Below are positions 9,148 to 19,685 of a DNA stretch of 24,122 bases, one piece after another. Numbering within the stretch: position 1 is the stretch's first letter; every line of letters starts with the position of its first letter. Source of the stretch: Craspedostauros australis (taxonomy: Eukaryota); assembly GCA_030167865.1 (NCBI GenBank), contig JALAGF010005880.1, positions 62,001-86,122 on the forward strand, read 5' to 3'. A program made the position numbers and the translations under genes. Under the pieces are notes generated by a model. That model saw only the letters and a program-made list of their open reading frames with translations. It searched no databases and was not told the origin of the DNA.

Positions 9148-10855
9148 ATGTTCTCGGCTGCTCGATCCATCGCACGATGCGCAAACGCAGGCAGGACGAA
9201 GGCCCTCTGTCGCATCGCCCAATCACAAGGCCCTCGCTGCTGGCTGTCGTCGTCGTACCCACCTCATGAGGTCGTTGGCATGCCCAGCCTTTCCCCGGTG
9301 AGTTCGAATTTGATTTTGAGCTCGACGGCTCGGTTGCTGCGCCCTCCGTCGAGCGTTGTGCCTGCTATTTGTCATGATCTTGCCGAACTTCGGCACGGCC
9401 TTGATTCGGCATCATCTCTGTCCATCATCCAACTATCCATCCATCCATGCATCCAACCTCATTCCCTTTTCTCAATCTCACTTCCGTTCATGATGTGCGA
9501 CATTCGACTTCTGGGCTCCAACATTAAACAACAACCCTTTGGCTTTGGCCGACGGACTCCCTTGCCTCTCACAGACGATGGAGGCTGGTGTCATTGCTAG
9601 CTGGGTGAAGGACGAAGGTGAATCCTTCGGTGCAGGAGATGTGCTGTGCAGTGTCGAAACGGACAAGGCCACCGTCGACTTCGAGGCAACGGACGATGGT
9701 TTCATCGCCAAGATCTTGGCGCAAGCAGGCCCAGATGAGATCACATGCGGCCACCCGATCATGGTCACTGTGGAAGAAGAGGATGACGTCGGTGCATTCA
9801 AGGACTTCGAGGCAGAGATCCAACCACCCTCGCCGGCAGAGGCGGCGGCATCTACAGAACAGCCACCAGCAGCTGTCCCCACACCTGTCGCTGCCGCACC
9901 AGCGCCAGCGGCTCCCGCAGTTCCCGTTGCATCAAGCTCGGGTGGAAGAGTTGTGGCATCGCCGCTTGCCCATCTGACAGCCAAAGAGATGGCGTACGAC
10001 ATTACCAAGATTGTGGGCACCGGTCCTGGTGGCCGCATCATCGCTGCGGATGTGCGCGAGTTCGTGCCCTCCATGCACGACTCGGTGTCTCAGGCGCAGG
10101 CATCGGTGGAACCGACGAGCGCGGGGGCATCCGCGGCACCACCGATGGCGGGCGACGGGTTCGTGGACTATCCAACGTCCGCAACCGCCCAAGAAGTTGC
10201 TGCGAGATTGGCGCAGTCGAAGAAGAATGTGCCACACTACTACCTGACGGTCGACGTTTGCATGGACGAAGTGTTGACCATGAGCAACAAGCTGTCCTCC
10301 ACCGGCGGCGACGAGGATTCGCTTGGAGCATACGAATTCATGATCAAGGCAGCCGCTGCGTCGATGAAGGCTGTGCCATCCGCGAACGCGAGCTGGATGG
10401 ATTCGGTGGTGCGAGTGTACGATTCCGTCGATATCAACGTCGTCGTTGGTTCAGGCGACGACCTCTACACCCCAATCATCCGCAACTGCGGAGCCAAAGG
10501 ACTCCGGTCCATCAGCGACAGCCTCAACACCGCGGTGTCTTCATACGACAGTGGGGACATCACGGGCGAGTTTGCTGCCATGGGAACTATGACTGTCATG
10601 AACCTCGGAATGTACGGAGTGAAGTCCTGCGCGCCGATTATCCGTGAGCCTCAGTCAATCGCCTTGGCCGTGGGTGCGCTCGAAAACCGCATCGTCCCCA
10701 ACGACGATCCTTCAAGCGAAGACATCTACAAGTCCAGCGTGATGATGACAGCAACTCTGAGCTGCGATCACCGCGTCGTCGATGGCGCCGTGGGCGCGCA
10801 GTGGCTGAGTGCATTCAAATCACACCTCGAGGATCCAACCACCCTTTTGCTGTAA
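9148..10855 (+). CDS. DLAT: Mitochondrial dihydrolipoamide acetyltransferase (pyruvate dehydrogenase E2)-like protein, diverged; exons 9148..9297, 9575..10855; about 476 aa
   Basis: Arg/Ala/Ser-rich presequence (MFSAARSIAR...RCWLSS); lipoyl domain MPSLSP|TMEAG...VETDKA; Ala/Pro linker; peripheral-subunit-binding domain (ASPLA...GTGPGGRI..DV); catalytic-type domain with PHYYL and DHRVVDGAVGAQWL. Phase-0 intron 9298..9574 (GTGAGT...ACAG). Confidence 0.92.
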
Positions 10856-11138
10856 GCATCAGAGCGATCGCAAAGTACTCTACGATTATGTATAGCACGA
10901 ACGTAATATGCATATAAACCTTTCTCTAGAGAGTGAGTATTTCAGAATACGATTATGGATGAGGACGTATTGTATTATTACTCTCCCCAGAGGACGCATG
11001 CAGAGCCGATTTGCCTCTTTGGGCGATGCCATGCCTGGAGCATCATCTTGTTGATTGAGCCGGGGTCAAGCCGATGCCCGTCATGGGCGTGCAGACATAG
11101 CCGTTCCATGCAGGCAACGGCATACTAAAATATAATGT

Positions 11139-11169
<31 letters not shown>

Positions 11170-11180
11170 ATGTGTGTGTA
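11139..11180. repeat. Compound (TC)10-(TG)n microsatellite
   Basis: tctctctctctctctctctc followed by tgtgtgtgtgta tgtgtgtgta. Confidence 0.9.
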
Positions 11181-12312
11181 GCTAAGATCATACGAGCTGA
11201 CCAAGCAACGCTCCGCCGTCGATTACACGTCCGAGCATGAGCTATTTACTCTACTCGAATTTGTGTAGCCCCAGGCAGGATCCACCAGTCATGGATTCCA
11301 GAGAGGATCTGCGACCCATCCGATTTTTGTTGAAAGTAACTAAGGAAGTACCCTATCTTTGAGAGACATCAGTCATTGCAAAACATCTCACGGTCATCCG
11401 TCCGTGTGCCGAATACGCGAGGTTGTTTGTGGTGGACACGCGTCGCCCATCACACCGTCGCATCTCTGTGTGTCCCTTGTCCGTGTTGGTGGCGGCTGCG
11501 CAGCCCTCGCAACTCGTATTGGTACTGATAGATCGTACGTACACAATGCAGCAGGGACCACGCGGTGGCCTCGAGGGACTGAAAGAACCACGCAACAAAA
11601 GGCACCAACCAGAGGAAACAGGAGGGAGAACAAGATTCTCGTGCGAGGGATGGCACAGAGTAAATTCTCGGCGCAAGAGAGACAGAGACAGAAGGTATCA
11701 ATACCAATACCAATACGACGCGCATACGAGCTGCTGGCAAAGGGGACACAGGAACATCGCAAAGGGCAAAGGCAGACCACCAGCGGCACCAGCGCCCGAC
11801 ACAAACCCACGCGAGACACTTTATGGCACCAGGCTCACGACAAGGTGCTTGATCCGCGCTCGACTATCACACTACTCTATACCGCATTGGTAGAGACCCC
11901 ATCATCACCGTGCAGTGTACGATCGTGTCGTATGGCAACCAGACAAGGGTGACCGCGCATCAACACAACCGGACTTGACCTGATTTCACTCGGCCTGCCC
12001 CAAGCCGATTTGGCCACACCGGATCGGATCCAAGCCAACGCAACACAGCGCAACGCGACGCGACGCTGCCCACCAACGTGCTAGCACAAGACATCGAACG
12101 TCGACCAGTGGTGGCCTTGTTCGTGCATGCGAGACAAGCGGAACATCACTAATAAGTTCTTGCAGCAGTGAAGCAGTTATCGCGCCACTCGGCATCGTGT
12201 TGCTCCCTGTCGTTGCGAGCGGATCTACTCCATCCCGTGCCATTCCGCCAGCACATCACGAAGCGACCATCTCGTAGCTCCTCCAAGCAGCACCACCACC
12301 GTTGAACGGAGC

Positions 12313-15300
12313 ATGCAAATAGGGCCCGACGGCAAAGAACAGACAACTACCACAACAACTACCACCACATTTCCCGACGCACATACAACTGGATCCACTG
12401 AATCCACTGAATCCACACACTGGTACACAAGCACAACTTCAAAGCAACGAGACAGCGCCTTCGACCTCTGCACCGATTTCCATCCCGGACCCGATCAGAG
12501 ACTCCTTGACGCCGCAGCACCAGACACCAGCACGCGCAGACCTAACGACACGCCCCAGGAAGAGGATCAGGCCGCCGGAATACAGGACAAGCCCAGCCGT
12601 GACCGAACTCAGGACGGCAAAGACACAACTTTCCGGCCGTGGGACGACTTTGGACGCTTCCTGAATCATCGAGATCGAGACCTAGACTTTGAGCAGCAGT
12701 GGCAGTTAGACCACACCGTCGATTGTGGACCTTCGCTCTGGAATCCTGAGGACTTGCACAAGCAGACCACATCCTTGGGCGATTGGAACGAGGAACGCAT
12801 TGTTCCCACGAGAATCCACGACCTTGTCTGTCCTCTCCTCTCAGACGACGCCCACCAGCGACAGCCTTCCATCTGGCACACTGGGCATTCCAGCGCCACC
12901 GGCCGACACGAATTCTCCAACGCAGACGACTGGCCGTTCAGGAGTCCACCTTCATTTCGCAAAACAGCTGGGCTCAGACGGAAGACACCGCCACATTCAT
13001 TTCCAGCGGCCTCCAAGCGAACTTTCACATCGGCACCAAGATCGGTTCCGTGCAAACGAATGCTGATTGACTCCGATCGACACTCTATGAAGAACAGCAA
13101 GGGCACTGTATGCAAGGACGACGACGACGACAAGAGCAGCGATAAGGACAACAGCAACAACAACAACAGCGACATCAGACGACAAGGCGCAACGAAGCCA
13201 CGAGCAGGAGCAGGAGCAAAGACCAACAACGAGCGAAGTTCGAACAAGGAAGGCGAAGAAACCCAGCCTGTGGAAGCCTGGAGGATGAGGGAGACTTGGA
13301 AGAGCAGCGGTCACAATCGCGCCTCCGACGGCGATGCGGACAAGCCAGACTCGTCGGATGGGAAGAAATCCCGGCGCTCGTCGGACCTCGGCCCATCCAA
13401 GCCAACCAGAAGTAGCTCCATCCGCCCCGACGCGGAATCCACCGACGTCGACATGGACAGGCCTCCGATGAAGCCGAAGAGTCGCAACGATGTAGACCAC
13501 GACCGCTCCGACCCATCGACAGCAATGCCACGCCGCGGCGGTCGACCAGCACGACAGGCTTCGTCCACCTCAGGCTCCGTGTCCTCCATCGCGTCCGATA
13601 GCATCGAAAGCGAGAATCAAGAAGAGGGCCTGGACGATGGCTCTTTTCATCAGCTTGTGCAAGACTCCGACAAACCCAGATCAAAGAGCAGGGAACGACG
13701 CACGCGAGGAGCGCGTGCGCCTAGGCGACGCCCAAGCAAGGAGGAAGAGCCGAATGCAGACTTCTACGAAGAGGTGGTTGCTGTCGAGACGCAACAGATG
13801 CTGAAGAGTGATGACGGCGACCAGGCGTCTGCGCCTGGATCTGGTGGGGCACGGCGCAAGCCATGGAGAGATCGTCGCGCGGCAAACAGACTAAGCCGAG
13901 ATGGTCCGGGGTCCAGCGGTAACTCCACCACGCCAGACAGGGACGGTGGCTCCAGAAAGCCCGCTGGCAACGACCGGCTGACCCTGTCAGGTGGGCGGAA
14001 GTCTTCGGCCCGCCGCACCAATATGCGACGTTCTCATTCAGAAAGGTGGCGAAACAACGTCGAGAGCGAGTTTGCCGACAACGGAGACTCCATCCAACGA
14101 CGCGCCCGTGCGTCGCTGGTGCAGGCAAATGCTGAACTTTCCAAGTCGGCCCACGCGGGGAAACGGCCGACTCCCAGGAGGGGCGCAGGGCTGGCAATGG
14201 GCACAGCCTCGTTCCATGAGATGAACGGTGGCAGGCGCCGAGCGAGAGCGAAGTCCAACGAATCTATCGATTCTGGCTCTTTCCATGACGATTCGTACGA
14301 CGCCCACGACTCCAACGAGGGAAGTGGCAGATCCCGGAGAACACTCGATAGCATCGAAGACTTGGAGGACTTCGAGCACATCGATTTCCAAACACCAGGC
14401 ATGATTGATTACGACGATGAACTTCTTGATCTGATGCAGCGCGCCAACCCTGAAGACACCGCACAGCTGAACAGGAGGGTTCATCGACAGCGCGATCGCT
14501 TGGAGTATGATCAGAACATGCCGATGATGACACGCCAAGCACTGATGACCCGACAAGGCAGCACGCAGGTGATGAGACAACGTTTCGATGCAAGCAACAT
14601 GGATAAGAAGAGGATCCTCCTGCGCAACGACTCAATGAATGCGGCAACGCCTGGAGATGACGGTTCTCGGGGACAGCACCGAATGAGGCCTGGATCAGGT
14701 GGCCGCCGCGCACCGCCACGGACCCGCTCGTCTGGCCTCGCTGGGTTGTCGGCCTCAGCACTAAAGCGTCAATCGGCCAGACACGAAGATGGTCCTGATC
14801 GCAGACAGTTGTTCCGCACCCGGTCCACGAACACGAACTCCTTCCAGCAGTACATGAACAAGCCGAACAAGGTCGCACAGCTTTCTCGGCGTGCACCGGC
14901 TTCTGGCGAGTCGATGGAGCGACACTCTCACCGCGGAGCTGGAAATGCCAACCTCAGCGCCGCGAAGGATCGCAGGCGGACCCTCCAGCGCGCGAAGTCG
15001 ACGACATCGCTGAAGCGCGGCGAGAAGGCGGAGGGCGCTGACGCCGACGCCGACGCTGAAACTGCTCGTGCAGATCCAGTCAGCGAGAAGGAGAGTGGTA
15101 GGTCTCGCCTCGTATCCCCGGAACACGCATCGGCTAAGTCTGGTGCCGCCACTGCTGCTGCTGATGCGGCGGATCCCGCGGTCAAACGCAAGGATCGTTC
15201 AGCGGACTCGCAGCTCACCAGTAGCGCGAAAGCAAAGACGAAGGATGCACCCTCCAAACCTGCCACCGAAAAGAAGGTCGAAAAGGAAGCGCCATCCAAG

Positions 15301-15594
15301 CCCGCCCCATCAACCAACCAGGACCATCCCCCATCCAAGCCGAGACCATCGCAGAAATCGCCGCGCAAACCTCCAAAGAGGACAAAGAGCGTCCCAGTTC
15401 GTCCGACCACGATGGTTTCGCCAATCCTGCGCCGCAAGACTACCCGTAGGGACATGACGAAGAAGAGCCAACGACAGATCCTGCACGCCATGATGTACGA
15501 GCAAAAGATGGGAATCAGCATGAAGGATCTTCACAAGAAGGTGAAGAAGGGTCCCAAGACGAGAGAGAACCCGCTGATGATAACCGCGCCCTAG
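12313..15594 (+). CDS. Hypothetical large Ser/Arg/Asp-rich intrinsically disordered protein (up to 1093 aa; true start uncertain)
   Basis: 3.3-kb uninterrupted ORF with low-complexity hydrophilic composition and many RRxS/RxxS motifs. A more ordered-looking island lies at about 14335-14637 and there is a helical-looking C-terminus. No recognisable domain. Confidence 0.8.
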   Translation: MQIGPDGKEQTTTTTTTTTFPDAHTTGSTESTESTHWYTSTTSKQRDSAFDLCTDFHPGPDQRLLDAAAPDTSTRRPNDTPQEEDQAAGIQDKPSRDRTQDGKDTTFRPWDDFGRFLNHRDRDLDFEQQWQLDHTVDCGPSLWNPEDLHKQTTSLGDWNEERIVPTRIHDLVCPLLSDDAHQRQPSIWHTGHSSATGRHEFSNADDWPFRSPPSFRKTAGLRRKTPPHSFPAASKRTFTSAPRSVPCKRMLIDSDRHSMKNSKGTVCKDDDDDKSSDKDNSNNNNSDIRRQGATKPRAGAGAKTNNERSSNKEGEETQPVEAWRMRETWKSSGHNRASDGDADKPDSSDGKKSRRSSDLGPSKPTRSSSIRPDAESTDVDMDRPPMKPKSRNDVDHDRSDPSTAMPRRGGRPARQASSTSGSVSSIASDSIESENQEEGLDDGSFHQLVQDSDKPRSKSRERRTRGARAPRRRPSKEEEPNADFYEEVVAVETQQMLKSDDGDQASAPGSGGARRKPWRDRRAANRLSRDGPGSSGNSTTPDRDGGSRKPAGNDRLTLSGGRKSSARRTNMRRSHSERWRNNVESEFADNGDSIQRRARASLVQANAELSKSAHAGKRPTPRRGAGLAMGTASFHEMNGGRRRARAKSNESIDSGSFHDDSYDAHDSNEGSGRSRRTLDSIEDLEDFEHIDFQTPGMIDYDDELLDLMQRANPEDTAQLNRRVHRQRDRLEYDQNMPMMTRQALMTRQGSTQVMRQRFDASNMDKKRILLRNDSMNAATPGDDGSRGQHRMRPGSGGRRAPPRTRSSGLAGLSASALKRQSARHEDGPDRRQLFRTRSTNTNSFQQYMNKPNKVAQLSRRAPASGESMERHSHRGAGNANLSAAKDRRRTLQRAKSTTSLKRGEKAEGADADADAETARADPVSEKESGRSRLVSPEHASAKSGAATAAADAADPAVKRKDRSADSQLTSSAKAKTKDAPSKPATEKKVEKEAPSKPAPSTNQDHPPSKPRPSQKSPRKPPKRTKSVPVRPTTMVSPILRRKTTRRDMTKKSQRQILHAMMYEQKMGISMKDLHKKVKKGPKTRENPLMITAP

Positions 15595-16733
15595 AGAGAG
15601 AAAGAAAGAAAGAAAAAGAGAGCCAATCAATCACACCCGACTCTCAGTTTTTTACGTTTGCTGGCCTTTTCTGTCTCCGGGTGGATGATACGAATTCCTT
15701 TTAGAGTATAGTAGAGTACTCCCGATTGCACGATGCTGCTACACCTTCCCACGATCTACCATGGCTCGTACTCCACACCCACGGGTAGCTAGTGTGCTGC
15801 TGTGCTCCACCCAACCCGACCCGACCCTCTAGATAACAATGTGGCAAGGGCACATCGCTCCAGATTGATGGACCTTGGCACCAATCGCCCTGCTTGCAGC
15901 TCGTACGAACGACCACTGGTGTCGAGAGCACTTCTCGCAACCATCGACAAGTTACGTCCATGGTGGGGAATGCGGTAATAATATGAAGGGCGCATGACAT
16001 GTTGGGAGTTACGGTTGATAGATCCGTTTCGTTACACCCAATGGAAAATCTGATGACATTTCAGGTGACTGCATGGAAACAAACAAGTCATTCCTTATGT
16101 ATCTCTCGGACAAATGGTTCGACAGCGGACGGAATGATGGCAATGTCCGATTGAGGAACAGAAACAAAATGTGTGTCATGTCGCAACAAGCAAAAGACCC
16201 ATCGTCCTGCATCCACCTGCACGATACGATTTCCTCCTCTTTGTTGGTGGTGTTGGCAGAACATGGCGGAAAACATGCGCAAACAGCCCAAGAGGCACTT
16301 CACCACGAATGTCAGCACGAACATCAGCACGAACATCATCATCAACAACGGCGACCCACAGAGAGGCAAGAAGCAGAGGACGAGCCACTCGCACCAAACC
16401 ACACGGCACGATACGGCACATGCGAGGTACCACCAGTTGAGGATAGAGACAAAGCACCGGAAAGAACCGAAAGGAGAGCATCGAAGCGGCGCGAGGGAGG
16501 ATACTCTCCAGAGAGCAATACCGCTCCACCACAGGTCGCAATAGGAGTAGTTCGTATAATAGGTCGTGCTGGCACGAGGACATCACTACGAGTGCGCGTG
16601 CGAGTACACGCACTTGCGCGAATCTGGTGAGGCGTCCTTTGGTTGTTCCAAATTGCGAGTGGCAGGCAGGTCGTGGCACACTCACAAAGAAGACACCAGC
16701 GCCCGTGCCCGTGCCTGTACCGTATAGCCGTGC

Positions 16734-19685
16734 ATGGACTCAAGGCCAGCCCCCCGGAGGGCAGCGTCGGTTTCGTCGAACGCTGGCAGCACGAGTAGCA
16801 ACGGCAGAAAACGCCGTCCCAAAGACAGAGGAAACCGTCGGAAGGGGGCAGAGCGTGAGGGATCTGCTCGTGGGAGCAGGCAAGAAAGCGATTCTCGTGC
16901 AAGAGCAGAGGATGCTTCCAGCAGCGCGGACCCAGCGGAATTGCAGTCGCACGCCAGAGCAGATACCAGCAAGAAAGAGTCGTCTGCTACGTACCGTCGC
17001 ACCAAACGCAGCACGAGCCTTCACCCTTCCTTCGGACGGCCTGTTAGCCCTGAGAATGGGGACACGAGGGCTGGTGAGAAACAGCATGCCAATCAGTATG
17101 CGAATCAAAGACATCGCACGAGTTCGCAGACATCGAAGAAGACGAAGGCCGACAGCAAACTGCAACAACCAAGGCGTGTCAAGAGCCAGTCGAAATCACG
17201 TCCCATGAACGATAATCATGCACCAGGTCCGACCCAGCATTCAACAAGAAGCGAGAGCAGGAATGATTCAAGGATGATGACCGCCAGCAGCATTCGTACT
17301 TCCAGCCACCACTCCACCAATTCGACCGATACTGCTCCAAGCGCCACTAGCGAGGATCTGCGACTTGACTTGGCCTCCGCCAAACACTCACTCCGAGACT
17401 CGCAGACGCCCGCTGCCAGCAAGAAGCGAGATCTCTCTTTCACCATCGGGGATTCCAGCGTGCTAGGCAGTTCCAGGAGCTTCATCAACTACAACGCAAA
17501 TCACGCCGCCGGTACCTCTTCATTTGTCAGCTCAGCTTCCATGTTAACCTCTCCCTCGCAATCGTCGCCGTCCGCCATACCAACAACGCCAACGGCCAAA
17601 GCTGTTCTGCCTGACTTGGTGACTTTGGAACAGGCGCTTCACAGTCACCAGATGGAGGATATTCAAGAACAGCTTGAACGCCTTCTCCGTAAGACGAAAG
17701 CACAGCGCCAAGCAGAACACATGGTCGAGAGAGATAGGTCCCGTGGTAGTCGCGACGATGGAACCACTGATTCTGACTCCATTTCTGATCATGATAGCAC
17801 TAGTAATGACGACGATGGTGATGACGATGATGACCTGGGAATATTCCAGCAGACGCCCGTTGGGTGGAAGACACCTTTCGAGGTTGATGCGCCACGAGAA
17901 CTTCTGACAAAGCCACTTGATAGGAAGCTCGAGTCCCGGTCGCTCTCCCCCCTCCTCGCAAGGTCAGACCTGACGGAAGAGCAGTGCGCCTGGGCAGGGA
18001 TCGACGACATCCTCGAAAATCGAAGTGTGGACGACAGCTACGCTCTCTCGACGTCGGATGTTTTACCGCAATCAATCGCAAACGCACTCAAGCGAAGCAG
18101 CAGCAAACGCTCCATGGATGATTACAGCATCGGTCTGGGTTCGATCATCTCTGAGGATTCTGAACCGTTGCAACCAAAGGGTGAGAGGAACGTGCATCAG
18201 AACGGTTACAACGCAGGCGGGGCGGTACGGATGAGGAGGTTGGCTCGCAAAAATGCATCGAAATATGCCGCGACGTTGGCGCCAATCCAGGATGAAGGTG
18301 GCCCTGGACACCAACATGGAAAGATGGGCATTGTCAACGACAGAGACCAGCCGGGAAAGATTCGCAGGAGCCTTTCAAGCGGGAATCTTGGAGAAAGCAG
18401 AGGGCAAAGCCTTCTGTCCGAACCTGGCGCTGGCAACATGTTCCAAGTTTTTCAATGGAGTCGCAGAGAGAACGTTGACGAGACAATGTTGAAAAAGAAG
18501 ACCAAGAAGCTCAACTCGTCTCCCCGTCGTTCGAAGCCGAAGAAGAAAGCAACCTTCTCGCTTGATGAAACGGCCCACTCCCTTCCAAGTCTCGACTCCT
18601 TCCGTGATGACGATCTAGTCTCAAAAGCCGGACTGCTCTCGATAGGAACTTTCGATTCAAGGCCAGTGGCTAAGTCAGACCGACGTGGCGGTGTTGGAAA
18701 CGTCCGCTTTGGGTTGGACCCTCCAACCACCAATCCTGCGTCGAGTTCTTCCCGCAGCCCCCCTGCTGTGCATGTGACGGACTTTACGCGCTCGCAATCT
18801 GAGGTCACAGATGAGAGCACACCTTCCCACTCTCAACAACACGAAGAAGGCGATGCAACAAGACACTCAGCATCGAAGACGTCCGCACTGCATCACAATG
18901 ATGGGCATGCAATGATGCGCACGGTGCCCGACCACCAGGCCACAGCTGCAGCCGCTGCCGCAGTCGTTGCGGGTATCTCCCATGCGTGGAGCTCGAATGA
19001 CGGTGGCGATGATGACGATTTGCCTTCGGGAGAACCGGGCCGTCCGGAGGGGGGTATCTCCAACAACACATCGCCTGACAACCCTCCCACCGAGTCCGAT
19101 GCAACGAGTCAGCACGGACACAACTCGTCTGCTGTGTTGGCTAACGATGGATTGGTGCTTGATGCCACAGTCGACATGTACATTCGGGAAATGCAAGCAA
19201 AGATTGAAGTGCCTGATATCGATGAGCACGGGACGCCTCGTCTGAACGGGAAGAAGCACAAGAAATCGGCGCAGTTACACCACAGCTCGTCGAGCGCCAG
19301 CAGCAGGATGGACAACGGAAGTCCCAGCCCGACCACTGTGGTGGCGGGCGATCAGTCATCGGCGGTCATCGATGAACTCCCCAGCCTGAGTTCGCTTGCA
19401 GAGAAGAAATCAAAGTCCAAGAACAAGGGCGGCGACAAGAAGAAAGCAAGAAAGGGGCAATTGCGAAAAGACGAGAAGAAGGAACCCAAGCTTTCGCTTG
19501 CCACGCACTTCAAGAACTCCATACGTAGTTTGGGGAGCAGACGGATGTCGGTGGCAAGCAGCAAGAAGGGGTCGTCCGTGGCCTTTGGCGATGAAAGCAA
19601 ATACTTTCCGAAAGGGACCGTAACAGACAGCCGCCTGGAATCGAACAAATGTCTCTTATTGGATGAGGATGACGACTTCAGCTAG
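16734..19685 (+). CDS. Hypothetical large Ser/Arg/Lys-rich intrinsically disordered protein (983 aa) with short coiled-coil-like segment
   Basis: 2.95-kb uninterrupted ORF with an in-frame TAG just upstream of the ATG. Coiled-coil-like LEQALHSHQMEDIQEQLERLLRKTKAQRQ, basic clusters, acidic C-terminus LLLDEDDDFS. No recognisable domain. Confidence 0.8.
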   Translation: MDSRPAPRRAASVSSNAGSTSSNGRKRRPKDRGNRRKGAEREGSARGSRQESDSRARAEDASSSADPAELQSHARADTSKKESSATYRRTKRSTSLHPSFGRPVSPENGDTRAGEKQHANQYANQRHRTSSQTSKKTKADSKLQQPRRVKSQSKSRPMNDNHAPGPTQHSTRSESRNDSRMMTASSIRTSSHHSTNSTDTAPSATSEDLRLDLASAKHSLRDSQTPAASKKRDLSFTIGDSSVLGSSRSFINYNANHAAGTSSFVSSASMLTSPSQSSPSAIPTTPTAKAVLPDLVTLEQALHSHQMEDIQEQLERLLRKTKAQRQAEHMVERDRSRGSRDDGTTDSDSISDHDSTSNDDDGDDDDDLGIFQQTPVGWKTPFEVDAPRELLTKPLDRKLESRSLSPLLARSDLTEEQCAWAGIDDILENRSVDDSYALSTSDVLPQSIANALKRSSSKRSMDDYSIGLGSIISEDSEPLQPKGERNVHQNGYNAGGAVRMRRLARKNASKYAATLAPIQDEGGPGHQHGKMGIVNDRDQPGKIRRSLSSGNLGESRGQSLLSEPGAGNMFQVFQWSRRENVDETMLKKKTKKLNSSPRRSKPKKKATFSLDETAHSLPSLDSFRDDDLVSKAGLLSIGTFDSRPVAKSDRRGGVGNVRFGLDPPTTNPASSSSRSPPAVHVTDFTRSQSEVTDESTPSHSQQHEEGDATRHSASKTSALHHNDGHAMMRTVPDHQATAAAAAAVVAGISHAWSSNDGGDDDDLPSGEPGRPEGGISNNTSPDNPPTESDATSQHGHNSSAVLANDGLVLDATVDMYIREMQAKIEVPDIDEHGTPRLNGKKHKKSAQLHHSSSSASSRMDNGSPSPTTVVAGDQSSAVIDELPSLSSLAEKKSKSKNKGGDKKKARKGQLRKDEKKEPKLSLATHFKNSIRSLGSRRMSVASSKKGSSVAFGDESKYFPKGTVTDSRLESNKCLLLDEDDDFS

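Noticed and set aside
11353..11952. Overlapping 100-200 aa ORFs between the E2 gene and orphan 1
   Set aside because: No coherent composition or motif, mostly non-ATG starts; likely promoter or long leader.
16073..16630. 185-aa His-rich ORF (HHECQHEHQHEHHHQQ) as a metal-binding protein or upstream exon of orphan 2
   Set aside because: The His run derives from a short CAGCACGAACAT repeat in a CA-rich leader. The candidate donor (TG|GTGAGG, phase 2) does not match the phase-0 candidate acceptor at 16727. It cannot be fully excluded without RNA data.
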